This document shows, one piece after another, positions 26,569 to 29,161 of a DNA stretch of 29,161 bases (position 1 is the first letter of the stretch; the number at the start of each line of letters is the position of its first letter). The DNA is from a virus. Its lineage: Duplodnaviria > Caudoviricetes. A program made the translations under genes and the position numbers. Below the pieces are notes generated by a model. That model was not told the origin of the DNA, did not search any database, and saw only the letters and a list, made by a program, of their open reading frames with translations. The stretch spans positions 1 through 29,161 of IMG/VR virus record IMGVR_UViG_3300035049_000152, one strand, 5' to 3'.

Positions 26569-27558
26569 ATGTCTATTCTTTTCATGGAAGGATTTGAGGG
26601 TCTAAATACTGGATATGAAGATTTATACAAGTTAGGAATATCTATTGATTCCACAACTTATAATGCAATATCAACCACACAAGTTAGGACAGGCACGAAA
26701 TCTTGTAAAGTTAGAACGCAGTATGGTATAATAATACCAATAGAAGAAATAACAACATCTGATTATGTAACAGTCGGTTTTCATTATTATCAAGAAGATT
26801 TTTCATCCTATTTATGTGAGTTCATTTTAACTACCTATGCGGTTAATAGGCTTTATCAAGACAAAAATTCGGGAGAATTACTTGTAGAATATTGTTTTAC
26901 AAAGGGTTATTCTACTGGAGCATGTATTCAAAAGAATACTTGGCATTATATAAAAATAAAGTTTAAAAATCACAATACAGAGGGCATATTTCAGGTTTGG
27001 TTAGATGGCAATCTTGTATTTGATGCTGAAAATGTTGATACCACATATTTATCACTTGAAACATTTAGTTCCATAAGAATAGCCGGTGGATTAAATGGTT
27101 ATGTCGATAATATATTTGTAGCTAAAAATGAATTTCCAGAGGGTGAATTATTTATAGATACCGTCTTACCTAATGCCGATGGTACACATACAGATTTTAA
27201 TCCGAGTGCGGGTTTTAATTATGAGTGTGTTGACGAAGACCCATTAAATGATACTGATTATGTCGAGTCAAGTACAGTCGGCCATAAAGATGCGTATGAA
27301 TTTGCTGCGCTTGATTCTGAGGTTGATACAATACATGCTGTGCAGGTGAGTATAGCTGCTCAAAAAGACACACTAGGGTTTCGTACTATCAAACCAATAT
27401 CTCGCATATCTTCTACTGATTATGAAGGTGATGAGAAAAGCTTGTTAACGGGTTGGTCTATTAAAAGCCATATTTTGCAACAAAATCCAGCAACAGCAAG
27501 TGCCTGGTCCAAATCTGAGGTTGATGGTGCTGAGTTTGGCGTAAAGCTGGAGAGCTGA
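26569..27558 (+). CDS. Virion protein with concanavalin A/LamG-like domain
   Basis: Starts MSILFMEGFE, has NTWHYIKIK...QVWLDG...YVDNIFV, and a second jelly-roll-like domain ending NPATASAWSKSEVDGAEFGVK. SD GAGGT. Confidence 0.65.
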   Translation: MSILFMEGFEGLNTGYEDLYKLGISIDSTTYNAISTTQVRTGTKSCKVRTQYGIIIPIEEITTSDYVTVGFHYYQEDFSSYLCEFILTTYAVNRLYQDKNSGELLVEYCFTKGYSTGACIQKNTWHYIKIKFKNHNTEGIFQVWLDGNLVFDAENVDTTYLSLETFSSIRIAGGLNGYVDNIFVAKNEFPEGELFIDTVLPNADGTHTDFNPSAGFNYECVDEDPLNDTDYVESSTVGHKDAYEFAALDSEVDTIHAVQVSIAAQKDTLGFRTIKPISRISSTDYEGDEKSLLTGWSIKSHILQQNPATASAWSKSEVDGAEFGVKLES

Positions 27559-27559
27559 T

Positions 27560-28726
27560 ATGGCACAATATTCAACTGACTTTTCTGAATATACGCTTGA
27601 AGCCCAACCGAGTGATTGGACAAAAAAGTGGAACACAACGAACCAAGATTTCACTGTTGAAGATGCCGAAAATCCTGGTCAAGGGTATGTTCTTCGTACA
27701 TACAACACGTCTGTCGATAGGTGTGGTCTAGCTTGGGATGATGTTGGTGAAGTTGCTGATTGTGAGATATTGGCAAAAGTAAAGTCTAATGATGCTTCTT
27801 TTTATTCAGCATTTATAGTAGCAAGAGGGGGTGGTTCAGAAGGAAGCGAAGAATCTATACATCTACGTTTTACTGTTGATAAGTTAAAGCTTGGCGGTTA
27901 TGGGAATTCTTTTTCAGATGTAAGTTTGATCTCTGTTTCTGATCATACGTGGTATTGGGTGCGACTACAAGTTAGCGGTACATCTGTAAAAGCCCGAGCT
28001 TGGATTGATGGTGAAATTGAACCCTCAACTTGGCAAGCAGAGGTTACAGAGACTAATCTTACCTCCGGATGGGTAGGCGTTGCTCAATATCAAAGTAGCT
28101 CTTATTATGACGGTTGGATAGATTGGTTTTCAGTAGGCACAGGGACTGACAGTGCACCTGAGCCTGCTCTTGGGAATGTTCAAGCAAGCCAAGCTAGGGT
28201 TCAGGTCTTGGCTGCTTCCGCAACTGAACCCAAAGCTCAGGTAAGTCAGGTACGGGTGCAGATTTTATATACAAAACCATCTGGTCTTGAACCAGAGAGT
28301 TTAGAAGTAATAAATACATTAACAGAAGCTGAGGTATTACGTTTACTACGTGCATTAGAATCCCATGTTATAAATGAATTGGAAGAAGTTTTTACAGGGC
28401 TTATGCCTTTAGATTCATGGGTTGAAAATGAAATTGAACGTGTTTTATTTATCACTTATACAGTATTCCCTAATAATCTTGAAACAGTGAATGAATTACC
28501 AGAAGCAAGTTTTAAATCTTTTTATACACAGAATTTAGAAACAATAAATGAGATTAAAAAAGCTTCTTTTGTATTGCATCCTTTAAATATGGAGGTTATT
28601 AATGTATTAAGTGAAACAGAGGTGATGGAAGGTTTGTACCCGGAAAATTTAAAAACAGTAAATGAACTATCCCCTGGCACTTTTCAAATTGAATCACAAA
28701 ATAGACCAATAACAATAATTTTTTAA
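27560..28726 (+). CDS. Virion protein: lectin-like N-terminal domain plus C-terminal ~20-aa repeats
   Basis: YSTDFSEY, TWYWVRLQVSGTSVKARAW..EP.TW, SGWVGV. SD GGAG. Repeats described separately. Confidence 0.65.
   Translation: MAQYSTDFSEYTLEAQPSDWTKKWNTTNQDFTVEDAENPGQGYVLRTYNTSVDRCGLAWDDVGEVADCEILAKVKSNDASFYSAFIVARGGGSEGSEESIHLRFTVDKLKLGGYGNSFSDVSLISVSDHTWYWVRLQVSGTSVKARAWIDGEIEPSTWQAEVTETNLTSGWVGVAQYQSSSYYDGWIDWFSVGTGTDSAPEPALGNVQASQARVQVLAASATEPKAQVSQVRVQILYTKPSGLEPESLEVINTLTEAEVLRLLRALESHVINELEEVFTGLMPLDSWVENEIERVLFITYTVFPNNLETVNELPEASFKSFYTQNLETINEIKKASFVLHPLNMEVINVLSETEVMEGLYPENLKTVNELSPGTFQIESQNRPITIIF
28286..28690 (+). repeat. Seven degenerate ~18-22 aa repeats (consensus ~ LxPxNLEvxNEL)
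   Basis: LEPESLEVINTL, LRALESHVINEL, LMPLDSWVENEI, VFPNNLETVNEL, FYTQNLETINEI, LHPLNMEVINVL, LYPENLKTVNEL. Confidence 0.85.
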
Positions 28727-28736
28727 GGAGAATAAC

Positions 28737-29135
28737 ATGGCACGATTTCTTAGTGATAATGCGCTGGATGCAAGTTTGAATTATGTAGCTGATAATGGTG
28801 ATAAACTGTGTGTGTGTTCTGCTGCACCTGCTACATATACGGAAGCTACATCCACTTATATGTTGATGGAAACAACTTTGACTCCTGGTGATGGAAATGG
28901 TGATTATACAGTTCAAGATGGTGATATTGATGGTAGAAAATTGACTGTTTCTGCTCAAAATGATGTTACTGTCACAAATACTGGTACGGCCACCCATTTC
29001 GCAATTGTCAAAACAACTGCTACTACTGAATTACTTCTTGTCACACCATGTCAATCAATGGAATTGACTTCTGGCAATACTGAGAATTTGAATAGTTTTG
29101 ATTGGGTTTCCCGTGATCCTTCAGCGCCAGCGTAA
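28737..29135 (+). CDS. Small beta-sandwich virion/tail fibre subunit (132 aa)
   Basis: Strong SD AAGGAG. Thr-rich, with LDASLN, GRKLTV, GTATHFAI and LTSGNT, a pattern I associate with small phage fibre proteins (not verified). Confidence 0.6.
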   Translation: MARFLSDNALDASLNYVADNGDKLCVCSAAPATYTEATSTYMLMETTLTPGDGNGDYTVQDGDIDGRKLTVSAQNDVTVTNTGTATHFAIVKTTATTELLLVTPCQSMELTSGNTENLNSFDWVSRDPSAPA

Positions 29136-29161
29136 ATAATATTTTATAAAGGAGAAATAGA

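Larger units (their letters stand above)
1..29161 (+). mobile_element. Siphovirus-like phage/prophage head-and-tail morphogenesis module (no boundaries in window)
   Basis: Co-oriented, tightly coupled structural genes in lambda-like order. No sheath gene. An SD (AAGGAG) at the right edge indicates the operon continues. Confidence 0.95.

Noticed and set aside
23633-29135. Diversity-generating retroelement or invertible tail fibre cassette
   Set aside because: I saw no reverse transcriptase, invertase, near-identical TR/VR pair or inverted gene copy. The tandem domains are diverged at all base types. Elements outside the window cannot be excluded.
1-29161. Stop codon reassignment
   Set aside because: TAA, TAG and TGA all end genes at sensible boundaries, and coding density is high under the standard code.
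1-29161. CRISPR array, tRNA or rRNA genes
   Set aside because: Intergenic gaps are at most about 110 nt. I saw no repeat-spacer array or cloverleaf by eye.

Overview
This window is a 29-kb, AT-rich, single-strand (+) virion morphogenesis module of a long-tailed (siphovirus-like) dsDNA phage or prophage, with lambda-like gene order. The order is: terminase large subunit (5'-truncated), portal, prohead protease/scaffold, head decoration, gpE-type major capsid protein, head-tail joining and tail completion genes, a Com-like zinc ribbon gene, tail tube, frameshifted tail assembly chaperones, a 2372-aa tape measure protein, distal tail protein, a 1234-aa hub/tip protein and a cluster of fibre/receptor-binding genes. 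I saw no sheath gene, RNA gene, CRISPR array, integrase or transposase. All product calls come from motifs read by eye plus synteny, not from database searches. The best-supported hidden features are an in-phase -1 slippery site joining the two chaperone ORFs, three nested SD-led starts in the protease/scaffold ORF, and one ~75-aa beta domain inserted in both the capsid and decoration proteins. A seven-copy ~20-aa repeat protein next to a small beta-sandwich gene may form a ruler-and-subunit fibre; that idea is speculative. I cannot claim a new system from sequence alone.
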